From: an uncultured Bacilli bacterium
GTDB taxonomy: Bacteria > Bacillota_I > Bacilli_A > RF39 > UBA660
NCBI GenBank assembly: GCA_947623995.1
Contig: CANQIN010000002.1
Span: forward strand, 1 to 51,336
Direction of reading: 5' to 3'
Length of the DNA: 51,336 nt
Made by a program: the position numbers and the translations under genes. Shown here one piece after another: positions 9,262 through 17,554 of this stretch. The notes under the pieces are model-generated. The model made no database searches and had not been told where the DNA came from. It worked only from the letters and a program-made list of their open reading frames with translations. The number at the start of each line of letters is the position of its first letter. Position 1 is the stretch's first letter.

Positions 9262-10629
9262 TTAATTTTGAATTAATATAAACGGATTATCAATACTTCC
9301 ATATTCTAGTTCTGGATTAGGATTCGAACTTATTTTTACAGATGATTTTAAATAAACAACTGGTCTAATTTCATAAGCATTAAAAGCATTATACTGTGAA
9401 AAAAGCCCATCTCTTGCAAAACCCATAACTAAACCACCAGAATTTGCAGCTACATTTGGAGTAATACTCCATTCATATTTATTCAATAATATCCATATAT
9501 TATCATTACATCCATTTTTATCATATAAATACATTTCACTATTCAAACAATTATTTCTAATATTTCCACCACTTGCATAACCATAATCTGATGGATACAT
9601 TAAGCCAATTTTTCCAACCCACTCTGTAGTTCTATTAGTTGTATCATTACACAAATTACTATTTCCAGATTTAACACAAAAATCTTTCCCATTATTTTTA
9701 CTTCTTTCATAATCATACAAATAATATGGAAAAGTTATACTAGAAGTCCACTCTAAAGGTATTGTACCAGTATTCCATTTAATATTTGCTATCATACCTC
9801 TTACACTATTATCAATACCAACATTATCCCAAACAGGACATTCTTTAACATTATTATTAATGCCACTATAACATATTCCCCCACGATTTTCTTTATATAA
9901 ATAATCATTATTCAACACTTTTTGAATATCAGATTCACTCCATTCATTAACACCTTTACCATTATTTATATCAGGTGCACTACTATCCCAACTATAATTA
10001 CCCAAACTATCATTTTTAACAATTTTTAAATAACTTCCCATATTTTCAACTTTACTATCATCTTCACTTACTTCAATAATATTATTCATAATACCTAAAA
10101 CTCTCCATAATTCATTATTAAATTTAATATAATTATTAGGACCTACACCTATATATCTTAAATTATTATCTTTAGTACCTAATTTTTCTCCTAACACTTC
10201 TTTACCATCATAAGCTAAATTTACCTTATCAGTTTCACTTAATTTAGATATATAACAAAGTATACTATCACTACCATATTTATCACATAATTCTATTGAT
10301 TCTTTTTTTCTGAAATATAAACTACATTTTGTTTTACTTTTACTTAAATTCTTTACTAATGGTGCCCATTCTTCTTCATGCCAAATGATAGTTGCTCCAT
10401 TGTCACATTCTCCCCTACTAAATATTAAATCTTCAGAATTATCTTTCAAGGGCATTGCATTTAATTTCTCTTTTCCATTATAAAAAGCAAAATATACATC
10501 ATTATTATTAAAATTAAAATTTGTCTTAAAAAGTAAAAAAGAAACTCCTAACAATATAATAATACTTGCACCTATTACTATTAATTTTCTACTATTTATA
10601 TTTTTACTTAAAAAATTTTTCAACTTCAT
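9262..10629 (-). CDS. Paralog family member, class-I N-module with type-c C-module
   Basis: N-terminal basic stretch plus TM helix. The N-module is YFAFYNGKEKLNAMP..GECDNGATIIWHEEEWAPLVKNLSKSKTKCSLYF. C-module motifs are NNLRYIG, NNELWRVLGIMNN, GLMYPSDYGYA, RPVVYLKS and a DNPFILIQN tail. Confidence 0.85.
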   Translation of the reverse strand: MKLKNFLSKNINSRKLIVIGASIIILLGVSFLLFKTNFNFNNNDVYFAFYNGKEKLNAMPLKDNSEDLIFSRGECDNGATIIWHEEEWAPLVKNLSKSKTKCSLYFRKKESIELCDKYGSDSILCYISKLSETDKVNLAYDGKEVLGEKLGTKDNNLRYIGVGPNNYIKFNNELWRVLGIMNNIIEVSEDDSKVENMGSYLKIVKNDSLGNYSWDSSAPDINNGKGVNEWSESDIQKVLNNDYLYKENRGGICYSGINNNVKECPVWDNVGIDNSVRGMIANIKWNTGTIPLEWTSSITFPYYLYDYERSKNNGKDFCVKSGNSNLCNDTTNRTTEWVGKIGLMYPSDYGYASGGNIRNNCLNSEMYLYDKNGCNDNIWILLNKYEWSITPNVAANSGGLVMGFARDGLFSQYNAFNAYEIRPVVYLKSSVKISSNPNPELEYGSIDNPFILIQN

Positions 10630-10652
10630 AAAATCACCTATTCTATGAAGTA

Positions 10653-10685
10653 ATTATAACTCTTAAACCCCCCCCCCTGTGTCAA
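10653..10685 (-). promoter_or_regulatory. Switch promoter P1: TTGACA-CA-G10-TTTAAGAGT-TATAAT (21-nt spacer)
   Basis: -35 at 10685-10680; plus-strand C10 at 10668-10677; -10 at 10658-10653. A conserved leader AGAATAGGTGATTTT precedes the ATG at 10629. Confidence 0.7.
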
Positions 10686-10693
10686 CTATTTTC

Positions 10694-10722
10694 TTGCATT
10701 TTTTTATTATTTTTGCTATGAT
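10694..10722 (+). promoter_or_regulatory. Divergent plus-strand promoter (candidate sRNA promoter)
   Basis: TTGCAT (10694-10699), 17 nt, TGc-TATGAT (10717-10722, extended -10). It lies 8 bp from the -35 of P1. Confidence 0.6.
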
Positions 10723-10728
10723 GTATAT

Positions 10729-10850
10729 AGATGAAGGAAACTTCATACAATAAAAAAGAGATATATCTTGAATCGTTCAGATGTAATCCCAAAGTTTTGG
10801 TTATGCATCCGAAATCAACATATGTTGAAATCAGATGCTTTTGTTTTTTA
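10729..10850 (+). ncRNA. Candidate ~120-nt antisense sRNA convergent with the 33-aa peptide ORF
   Basis: It sits between the promoter at 10694-10722 and an intrinsic terminator, GCATCCGAAATCAACATATGTTGAAATCAGATGC (10805-10838) plus TTTTGTTTTTT. A 5' hairpin ATGAAG-GAAA-CTTCAT occupies 10731-10746. The only ORF from its 5' end runs through the terminator, so it is probably non-coding. Confidence 0.4.
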
Positions 10851-10949
10851 TCTTGCGATTAGTAACTTGATTACTATAATCAACAAGATAATTATAATTA
10901 ACAAAAAGATTATTATGCTATTATATAAAGCAAATTCTCTTTTAGACAT
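10848..10949 (-). CDS. 33-aa hydrophobic peptide (type I toxin-like candidate)
   Basis: SD GGCGGTGAT lies upstream of the ATG at 10949. The peptide is MSKREFALYNSIIIFLLIIIILLIIVIKLLIAR. Its stop codon is overlapped by the T-tract of the convergent terminator. Confidence 0.4.
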   Translation of the reverse strand: MSKREFALYNSIIIFLLIIIILLIIVIKLLIAR

Positions 10950-11027
10950 GTAATCACCGCCTTGCATTTTTAATAGTTAAAAATAAAAGGGGAAAACATC
11001 TGATCAACTCTCAATGTATCCAATATA

Positions 11028-11056
11028 ATTGTAACAAACTTTATTTTATAAAACAA
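11028..11056 (-). promoter_or_regulatory. Promoter of the 33-aa peptide transcript
   Basis: TTGTTT (11056-11051), 17 nt, TGt-TACAAT (11033-11028). The homologous element is at 13039-13067. Confidence 0.5.
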
Positions 11057-11085
11057 TATTTATGACATTTTGCCACACTTATAAA

Positions 11086-11172
11086 TTTAATTTTTTAAAT
11101 AGAAATATCTGATAATAAATGTTGTTTCATTACCTTTAGAATCTACCATAATAGTTCCTTTACTTTTTAGGT
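11086..11172 (-). pseudogene. Orphan copy of the 3' end of the histidine kinase gene (duplication scar)
   Basis: Translates as KSKGTIMVDSKGNETTFIIRYFYLKN*, compared with the true HK C-terminus SNGTIMVDSKDNETTFIIRYFY* at 13104-13190. No upstream HK sequence is present. Confidence 0.65.
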
Positions 11173-11248
11173 TTATTAGATAAATTAAAAATCTAGTATG
11201 TTTTTTTATTTACACACCAGATCCAGATTATACACTATCAACTTAATA

Positions 11249-12619
11249 CTACCGTGCAATGAACGGTGTTCCTTTTTCACCATTTCCATCTATAATTTTT
11301 GTAGAAGATTTTAGATATACAACAGGCAAAATATCACCATAATCACCTTCTCCAGCTGAGCAGCTACCGATACCAAAATCCATACTCACACAAAACACAG
11401 TATTACCATAATCTGCTGCTGGAGTAATTGTAAATGCATCATAGCCTAGCATTAACCAATCATTTGTGTTACAACTATCACTAACATATGAAACCATACT
11501 TTTTCCTAAACATATTTCTCTTACTTCTCTTCCTACAGCATATCCGTAGTCACTAGGATAAATTAAGCCTATATATCCATCCCATGTTGTTGTTCTTTCT
11601 ACTTCATCATTACAATATCTATTATTACTCTCACATTGTTCCTTACCATTATGAGTACTTCTTTCTCCCTCATACATATATTTTGCTGATATTTTGCTAC
11701 TATAATATTTTTCACCTATCGTTCCCGTATTCCATCTTACTTTAGCTATCTTTTTCTTTGCTTCTTCACTTATTCCACTACTTGTAAAATCACATGGCTT
11801 ATAACTACTGTTATTTTTATAACAATATCCATTTTCCCTATTCCAATACAAACTTCTTCCTATTTCTGGGATTCCACTATATATATCTTGAGGATTTAAT
11901 AATTTCATTATATCTGCTTGACTCCATTCATTTACTCCCTGACCATAATTTATTTCTGATTCACTAATATCCCAACTAAAATAACCTATACTTCCTGTTC
12001 TTATTATTTTTAATAAGCTTTCTTGTTGTCCGCCATTATCTAAATTAGTTATATTATTCATGACTCCTATTATTCGCCATAATATTGGATTACCATCACC
12101 ATCACTATCTCCTATATCTATATAATTATTTACATCTGCATCTGCTCCTACATATCTTAGATTTGCATCATTTGTATCATCAACCCATAAATTTGTTGTA
12201 TCTGTTTTAGCTAAATCAATAATATAATCAGCAGCATTTGGCTCATATTCTTTAAAATATAAGCTACATTTGGTTTTACTTTTACTTAAGTTCTTTACTA
12301 TTGGTCCCCATGTTTCACTATCCCATATTATACTGGCTCCATTATCACATTCACCATGGTCAAATACTAAATTTTCTTCATTACCTTTCTGAGGCATTTC
12401 ATCTAATTCTTCATCACCTTTATAAAACGCAAAATAAATATCACTGTTACCAAAATAATCTACTTTTCCCTTCATCATTGGAAACTCTGCACTTTCTGTA
12501 AAAGATGCGAATGTTTTGTATAGAATTAATGATACACTTATTAAGACTATTACACTTATAGTTATTAGTATTGTTCTTCTTCTTTTTTCATTTTTATCAA
12601 CATACTTTTCTAGCTTCAT
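11249..12619 (-). CDS. Paralog family member, class-I N-module with type-a C-module
   Basis: N-terminus MKLEKYVDKNEKRRRTILITISVIVLISVSLILYKTFASFTESAEFPMMKGKVDYF. N-module ..GECDNGASIIWDSETWGPIVKNLSKSKTKCSLYF. C-module motifs NNYIDIGDSDGDGNPILWRIIGVMNN, NGKEQCE, YCNDEVERTTTWDGYIGLIYPSDYGYA and PVVYLKS. Confidence 0.85.
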   Translation of the reverse strand: MKLEKYVDKNEKRRRTILITISVIVLISVSLILYKTFASFTESAEFPMMKGKVDYFGNSDIYFAFYKGDEELDEMPQKGNEENLVFDHGECDNGASIIWDSETWGPIVKNLSKSKTKCSLYFKEYEPNAADYIIDLAKTDTTNLWVDDTNDANLRYVGADADVNNYIDIGDSDGDGNPILWRIIGVMNNITNLDNGGQQESLLKIIRTGSIGYFSWDISESEINYGQGVNEWSQADIMKLLNPQDIYSGIPEIGRSLYWNRENGYCYKNNSSYKPCDFTSSGISEEAKKKIAKVRWNTGTIGEKYYSSKISAKYMYEGERSTHNGKEQCESNNRYCNDEVERTTTWDGYIGLIYPSDYGYAVGREVREICLGKSMVSYVSDSCNTNDWLMLGYDAFTITPAADYGNTVFCVSMDFGIGSCSAGEGDYGDILPVVYLKSSTKIIDGNGEKGTPFIAR

Positions 12620-12642
12620 TTTATCACTCTATTCTTAGAGTA

Positions 12643-12674
12643 ATTATAACCCTTAACCCCCCCCCCTATGTCAA
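12643..12674 (-). promoter_or_regulatory. Switch promoter P2: TTGACA-TA-G10-TTAAGGGT-TATAAT (20-nt spacer)
   Basis: -35 at 12674-12669; plus-strand C10 at 12657-12666; -10 at 12648-12643. Leader AGAATAGAGTGATAAA precedes the ATG at 12619. Confidence 0.7.
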
Positions 12675-12682
12675 CTATTTTC

Positions 12683-12711
12683 TTGCATTTTTTTATTATT
12701 TTTGCTATGAT
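12683..12711 (+). promoter_or_regulatory. Divergent plus-strand promoter (second copy)
   Basis: TTGCAT (12683-12688), 17 nt, TGc-TATGAT (12706-12711). It lies 8 bp from the -35 of P2. Confidence 0.6.
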
Positions 12712-12717
12712 GTATAC

Positions 12718-12856
12718 AGATGAAGGAAACTTCATATAATAAAAAAGAGATATATCTAATTATTCGTGTAATTGGATACTCTCCAAAAAAGTTTTTGTTT
12801 TTTTTGAAAAAGCCCTTTTAACACAAATGAGTGAAAAGGTGCTTTTTCTTTTTATT
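12718..12856 (+). ncRNA. Candidate ~140-nt antisense sRNA, second copy
   Basis: The first ~45 nt match the 10729 copy (the ATGAAG-GAAA-CTTCAT hairpin), then the sequences diverge. The terminator AGCCCTTTTAACAC..GTGAAAAGGTGCT (12811-12843) plus TTTTTCTTTTT ends 5 nt before the convergent peptide stop codon. Confidence 0.4.
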
Positions 12857-12860
12857 CAGT

Positions 12861-12962
12861 TTATTTAAAAATTAATAAAAACATTAGCATAAATACTAAT
12901 AGAAATATTAATGTGAATAAAAATTTGATTATATGATAAAAGATGTGTTCTCTTTTATTCAT
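12861..12962 (-). CDS. 33-aa hydrophobic peptide (type I toxin-like candidate), second copy
   Basis: Strong SD AAGGAGG lies 6 nt before the ATG at 12962. The peptide is MNKREHIFYHIIKFLFTLIFLLVFMLMFLLIFK. Confidence 0.45.
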   Translation of the reverse strand: MNKREHIFYHIIKFLFTLIFLLVFMLMFLLIFK

Positions 12963-13038
12963 AAACATCCTCCTTTCCATAATAATTTAATTATATATGG
13001 TGGAGAGCACCTAACACTTAATTAGATATATCATTATA

Positions 13039-13067
13039 ATTATAGCAAACTTTATTTTATAAAACAA
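13039..13067 (-). promoter_or_regulatory. Promoter of the second 33-aa peptide transcript
   Basis: TTGTTT (13067-13062), 17 nt, TGc-TATAAT (13044-13039). Confidence 0.5.
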
Positions 13068-13103
13068 TATTTATGCATTTTACCACATTTATAAATTTAT
13101 TTT

Positions 13104-14306
13104 TTAATAAAAATATCTGATAATAAACGTTGTTTCATTATCTTTAGAATCTACCATAATAGTTCCATTGCTTTTTAATATAATAGCTTTTGCTAAAGAA
13201 AGCCCTATTCCTATACTTTCTTTTAAAGAAGAATCATAATGATAAAATCTTTCAAATAAATGTTTTTTATCTTCACTACTTAAAACTTTTCCATAATTAG
13301 TTATCTTAACTTCACTATAAAGATTATTTTCTTCTAAATTAATTAATACTTCACTTTTCTTTTTAGAATGTTCAATAGCATTTTTTAAAATATTAGTAAT
13401 TGCTTCTACATTCCAATCTTTATCACAATTAATAGTTGTTTTATTTTTTCCTTTTACAATAATTTTAATATCTTTTAAATCACATAAAGAAGAAACATTT
13501 AAAATTGCTTTATTAATAATGGTAATTAAATTATGAGGTTCACTTTTAAATTCAATCATATTAACTTCTAATTTTGATAATTTTAATAAATTAGTTATTA
13601 AAAATTTCATATTATTTATTTCTCTTTTAATACTTCTTAAAGCTTCTTCTTTTTTAATATCAAGATTTTCTTCATCAAGTATATTATCAACAGTAATTAA
13701 TATGGCTGTTAAAGGAGTTTTTAATTGATGAGTTATATTTTCTAATGATTCTTTTAATTCTAATTTATCTTTTTTAGAATTAATAGCTGTTTCTTTTAAC
13801 ATAACGGTTGTCTTATAAATTTCATCTCTTAATTTAGATAATTCATCTTCACTCATACTTTCTAATTTTAAAGAATAATTCTGATTATTAAGTTCTTTTA
13901 AATAATTAGTTATTTCATTTAATTCTTTATTTCTTTTTCTAAAATATAATCTAAATAAATATATAATAATTAATAAACTTAAAAAGATAAAAGCAAAATT
14001 TAAATAATTAAAATAATTTTTTAAAGAATTATTTTTTAAAATTACTGATTCTTCATTAATATCAATACTATACTTTTTTAAAAATTCTTCATTAAAATTA
14101 TTAGAATTTAAGATGTTAATAAGTTCATTATCTTCAATATGATATTTTTCTTTTACATTATTTATAATACTAACAATTGCTAAATTATAATTTTTAGTTA
14201 AGCTTTTATTTTCTAATGATATTAAAACAACTAAAGTAACACTTAGAGTAAGACTAACAATTAAACTTAAAAGATAATATTTTTTTAATTTAAGATTATT
14301 CTTCAT
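13104..14306 (-). CDS. Sensor histidine kinase (two TM helices, HisKA plus HATPase_c)
   Basis: H-box ITHQLKTPLTAI, N-box NILKNAIEHS and G-box-like GIGLSLAKAI. It overlaps the response regulator gene by 11 nt. Confidence 0.85.
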   Translation of the reverse strand: MKNNLKLKKYYLLSLIVSLTLSVTLVVLISLENKSLTKNYNLAIVSIINNVKEKYHIEDNELINILNSNNFNEEFLKKYSIDINEESVILKNNSLKNYFNYLNFAFIFLSLLIIIYLFRLYFRKRNKELNEITNYLKELNNQNYSLKLESMSEDELSKLRDEIYKTTVMLKETAINSKKDKLELKESLENITHQLKTPLTAILITVDNILDEENLDIKKEEALRSIKREINNMKFLITNLLKLSKLEVNMIEFKSEPHNLITIINKAILNVSSLCDLKDIKIIVKGKNKTTINCDKDWNVEAITNILKNAIEHSKKKSEVLINLEENNLYSEVKITNYGKVLSSEDKKHLFERFYHYDSSLKESIGIGLSLAKAIILKSNGTIMVDSKDNETTFIIRYFY

Positions 14307-14943
14307 CTATCCGATACCCTATTCCTTTCAATGTATTAACAATATCACTATCTAATTTTTTCTTTAAACGATTAAAATAAACCGTTACAGTATGATCATC
14401 AACATCATTGCCAGTTAAATTCCAGATTGTATCAAGTATCATACTCCTTGATACAACATGATTAAGATTTAAAAATAAAAGATTTAAGAGTTGAAGCTCT
14501 AAGGGTGTTAAAGAAAGGGGAATATTATTTTTATAAACAATCATTTTATCAAAATCATAAGTAATATCTTTTACTTTAATAATATTCTTATTTATTTTTA
14601 AAATTTTATTGATACGCGCAATTAATTCTTTGATACTAAAAGGTTTAGTAAGATAATCATCAGCTCCCATATTAAGACCATTTACAATATCTTCTTCAGA
14701 ATCAAAAGCTGTTAAAATAATAGTCGGAATATTAATCTTTTTAATAACATTTTTAAAGAAATCAAAACCATTACCATCAGGCAAAGAAATATCTAAAATT
14801 ATTAAATTAGGTTTAGTAGATTCTAGATATTTCCTTGCTAAAGATAAAGATGTTTTAACAATAAGTTCATAACCATTTTTTTCTAATGATTCTTTAAGAG
14901 ACTTTCCAATATTGATATTATCTTCAATTAATAATATTTTCAT
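14296..14943 (-). CDS. OmpR/PhoB-family response regulator
   Basis: Receiver domain MKILLIEDN..ILDISLPDGNG..LTA..KPF. The C-terminal winged-helix region is LTPLELQLLNLL..GIGYRI. Confidence 0.9.
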   Translation of the reverse strand: MKILLIEDNINIGKSLKESLEKNGYELIVKTSLSLARKYLESTKPNLIILDISLPDGNGFDFFKNVIKKINIPTIILTAFDSEEDIVNGLNMGADDYLTKPFSIKELIARINKILKINKNIIKVKDITYDFDKMIVYKNNIPLSLTPLELQLLNLLFLNLNHVVSRSMILDTIWNLTGNDVDDHTVTVYFNRLKKKLDSDIVNTLKGIGYRIDEE

Positions 14944-14974
14944 CACTCATCACTCCTTTAGTATACTAAAAAAG

Positions 14975-17554
14975 TTAAATATTTTCATTACGAATTGTTT
15001 CAATTATATTTTGTTTCTTTATTTTATTTAAAGAATAGTTCATAATTAAATTAATAATTAAGAAAACTACTACAAAACAGATAATTATACTTAAATAAGG
15101 AATAGGAAATTTAGCCCCTTCACTACTTAATAATTTATGAATTATAAATGATAAGATAAGACCAATAGGAACACCAAATAATAAGGCTTTTACCCCAATA
15201 AAAATACTTTCTAATCTAATCATTTTTTGAAATTCTTTACTAGTCATACCAATTGATTTTAAAATCGCAAATTCTGGTTTTCGTAAATTCATATTAGTAG
15301 TAATTGTATTAAAAATATTAGTTATTCCAATTAATGATATAACAATTATAAAGCCATATAAGAAAATAGCAATTAATGTATATAAGTTTTTCATCATTTG
15401 ATAATTTTCTTCTAAATTATTAAGATTATAATTAGTATCTTTTAACATTACATCAATATCATCTTGTAATTTATTTGGGTCACTTGATAATAAATAAATT
15501 GCTAAGTTTTCATCTTTATATAAACTACTTGCATATTCATTACTAATTACAAGCATTTCGGATAAATAATTTTGAAGTCCAAAAGGTTTTTGATTAGTAA
15601 CATACGCAATAGGAAGATTAAGGTTTTTATCAAAAACATTAAGATTAATTAATTCATTTTGCTGATAATCAAAACTTCGTAATACATATTTTTCCACTTT
15701 ATCATTAGCATCTTGTTTTCTAATTTGTAATTCATCAATTAAGATTCCTTCATCTTTTACTTCATCATAATTAAGATTTAGAGAGTCTAAATATTTACGA
15801 TACTGATAATCTCCTAAAGTAACAAGTAAGATTCGATCACTTTCATAAGATTTAAGATTAAGAAGTTTAATATAATCAGGATTATATTTAGGTTTAATAA
15901 TATCAACATCATTACTAGAAATTACACTATAGTCATTAATGGTATCTAAATTAGTAATATTTTTAATAGTTTCAAAATTATTAATATCAGTAGAAGTTAA
16001 TGATAAATTAAATTCAATACTATTTATTTCATCTTTAACTGCTACAAAAGCAACGTTAATAAATGTTGATAAAGCAATAAAGACAAAGATGGATACAATT
16101 AAAGATATAACCGTTGTCCGATATTTCTTTTTATTTCTTTTTATATTTTTATAAGATATCTCGCCACCAATACCAAAGAAGTGATTAATTAATTTTGGAC
16201 TTCTTAATTTATTACCTTTAATTTTAATTTCTCCACTATTACGTAAAGAAGAAATAGGCGAAATCTTACCTGCTTTACGGGCACTTTTAAAAGCTGAAAA
16301 ATAAACAGTTACAATTCCTAGGATAATCGCAATTAAACAAGCAAGATAAGAGAATTTAAAAACTAATTTTAAATCAGTAGCTAACATATCCTTTAAAAAA
16401 TAATTACTTACCTCTACTAAAATGAAAGATGCTAAAAGACCAAATAATAAACCAAAGATAATTCCAACAACTCCTAAAATACTAGCTTCAAAGAAAACAT
16501 TTTTTCTAATTTGTTTTTTAGTAGCTCCAATACTTTTTAACATACCATATTGTTTAATTTTTTCCGTTATCGAAATATCAAAGCTATTTTTAATACAAAA
16601 AACACTTGAAACAATAATAATTAAACAAACAATAATAATTACAAAACCTAAACCACCAATCCCACTATTATTAATAGGATCAGTTTGCAATGATATTAGA
16701 TAATCATTTATATTAATTTGATATTTAGCTTTCGATATTTCCTTTATAATATCTTTTTTATCATCTTCATGATAAGTTCCATTATAGTATATTTTATAAG
16801 TTTCTTCATCAATACCTAAAATATTAGCTGTGGTATTCAAATAATTTTTTAAGTCTTTTTTCTTATACAATGTATAGACATTAACATTACTATTTATTTC
16901 ATTTTCATTTACATGAGTTATAAATGTGTAACCAGGTGCTTCATAAGATTCAATATTACTAGCTGGTCTTGATATAATTCCAACTATTTTATAAGTAATC
17001 GGTTTAGTATCAATAATTTTTTCATTTCTTTGATAAGGATTATTTTGCTTTAAAATAACATTATCATCAAGATTAATTCTTTTACCAACATCTAAGGTTA
17101 TTTCATCCCCAATATTTAATTCTAAACGCCCATTAGTTTTTAAATGCATGGGAATCACAATTTCATGATCATTTAAAGGTAGTCTTCCATTAACTAAATT
17201 AATTGATAAATTTTCTAAAGAATCATTAGTAAATCCTTTAACAAAAGCATAAGGCTTATCTTCATTTTTTGTGTTTATCTTGGCATATCCAACATCACTA
17301 GTTAAAAAAATCTTTTCTACTTGCCGATTATTTTTAATGTTATCAACTTCTTTTATGGGCACATCATAAAAACTAACATGAAAGTTGCCTCTTTCTTTGG
17401 TTTCAAATAAAACTAAAGATGATAATAAACTTGCATACATTGTACATACAGCCGTTACTAACGCAACAGATAAAGTAATCCCAATAATAGTCACAATGGT
17501 TCTTTTCTTATTTAAGGATAGATTTTTAATTGTTAATTTTTTAAACAGATTCAT
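14975..17554 (-). CDS. ABC transporter permease with two FtsX-type domains (BceB/MacB-like)
   Basis: 859 aa with multiple TM segments. The motif (M/I)LKSIG(A/M)T(K/S)K(Q/E) occurs twice, each time after a large extracytoplasmic region. Confidence 0.8.
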   Translation of the reverse strand: MNLFKKLTIKNLSLNKKRTIVTIIGITLSVALVTAVCTMYASLLSSLVLFETKERGNFHVSFYDVPIKEVDNIKNNRQVEKIFLTSDVGYAKINTKNEDKPYAFVKGFTNDSLENLSINLVNGRLPLNDHEIVIPMHLKTNGRLELNIGDEITLDVGKRINLDDNVILKQNNPYQRNEKIIDTKPITYKIVGIISRPASNIESYEAPGYTFITHVNENEINSNVNVYTLYKKKDLKNYLNTTANILGIDEETYKIYYNGTYHEDDKKDIIKEISKAKYQININDYLISLQTDPINNSGIGGLGFVIIIVCLIIIVSSVFCIKNSFDISITEKIKQYGMLKSIGATKKQIRKNVFFEASILGVVGIIFGLLFGLLASFILVEVSNYFLKDMLATDLKLVFKFSYLACLIAIILGIVTVYFSAFKSARKAGKISPISSLRNSGEIKIKGNKLRSPKLINHFFGIGGEISYKNIKRNKKKYRTTVISLIVSIFVFIALSTFINVAFVAVKDEINSIEFNLSLTSTDINNFETIKNITNLDTINDYSVISSNDVDIIKPKYNPDYIKLLNLKSYESDRILLVTLGDYQYRKYLDSLNLNYDEVKDEGILIDELQIRKQDANDKVEKYVLRSFDYQQNELINLNVFDKNLNLPIAYVTNQKPFGLQNYLSEMLVISNEYASSLYKDENLAIYLLSSDPNKLQDDIDVMLKDTNYNLNNLEENYQMMKNLYTLIAIFLYGFIIVISLIGITNIFNTITTNMNLRKPEFAILKSIGMTSKEFQKMIRLESIFIGVKALLFGVPIGLILSFIIHKLLSSEGAKFPIPYLSIIICFVVVFLIINLIMNYSLNKIKKQNIIETIRNENI

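Noticed and set aside
10731-10862. Possible leaderless ORF (MKETSYNKKEIYL...) starting 9 nt after the -10 box of the plus-strand promoter, with a counterpart at 12720
   Set aside because: In copy 1 the stop codon lies beyond the terminator T-tract. The shared N-terminus is explained by the nucleotide duplication. I kept it only as an alternative to the sRNA reading.
10768-10953. Plus-strand 61-aa ORF in the P1 intergenic region
   Set aside because: It has a non-ATG start without an SD, runs across an intrinsic terminator, and is antisense to the better-supported 33-aa minus-strand ORF.
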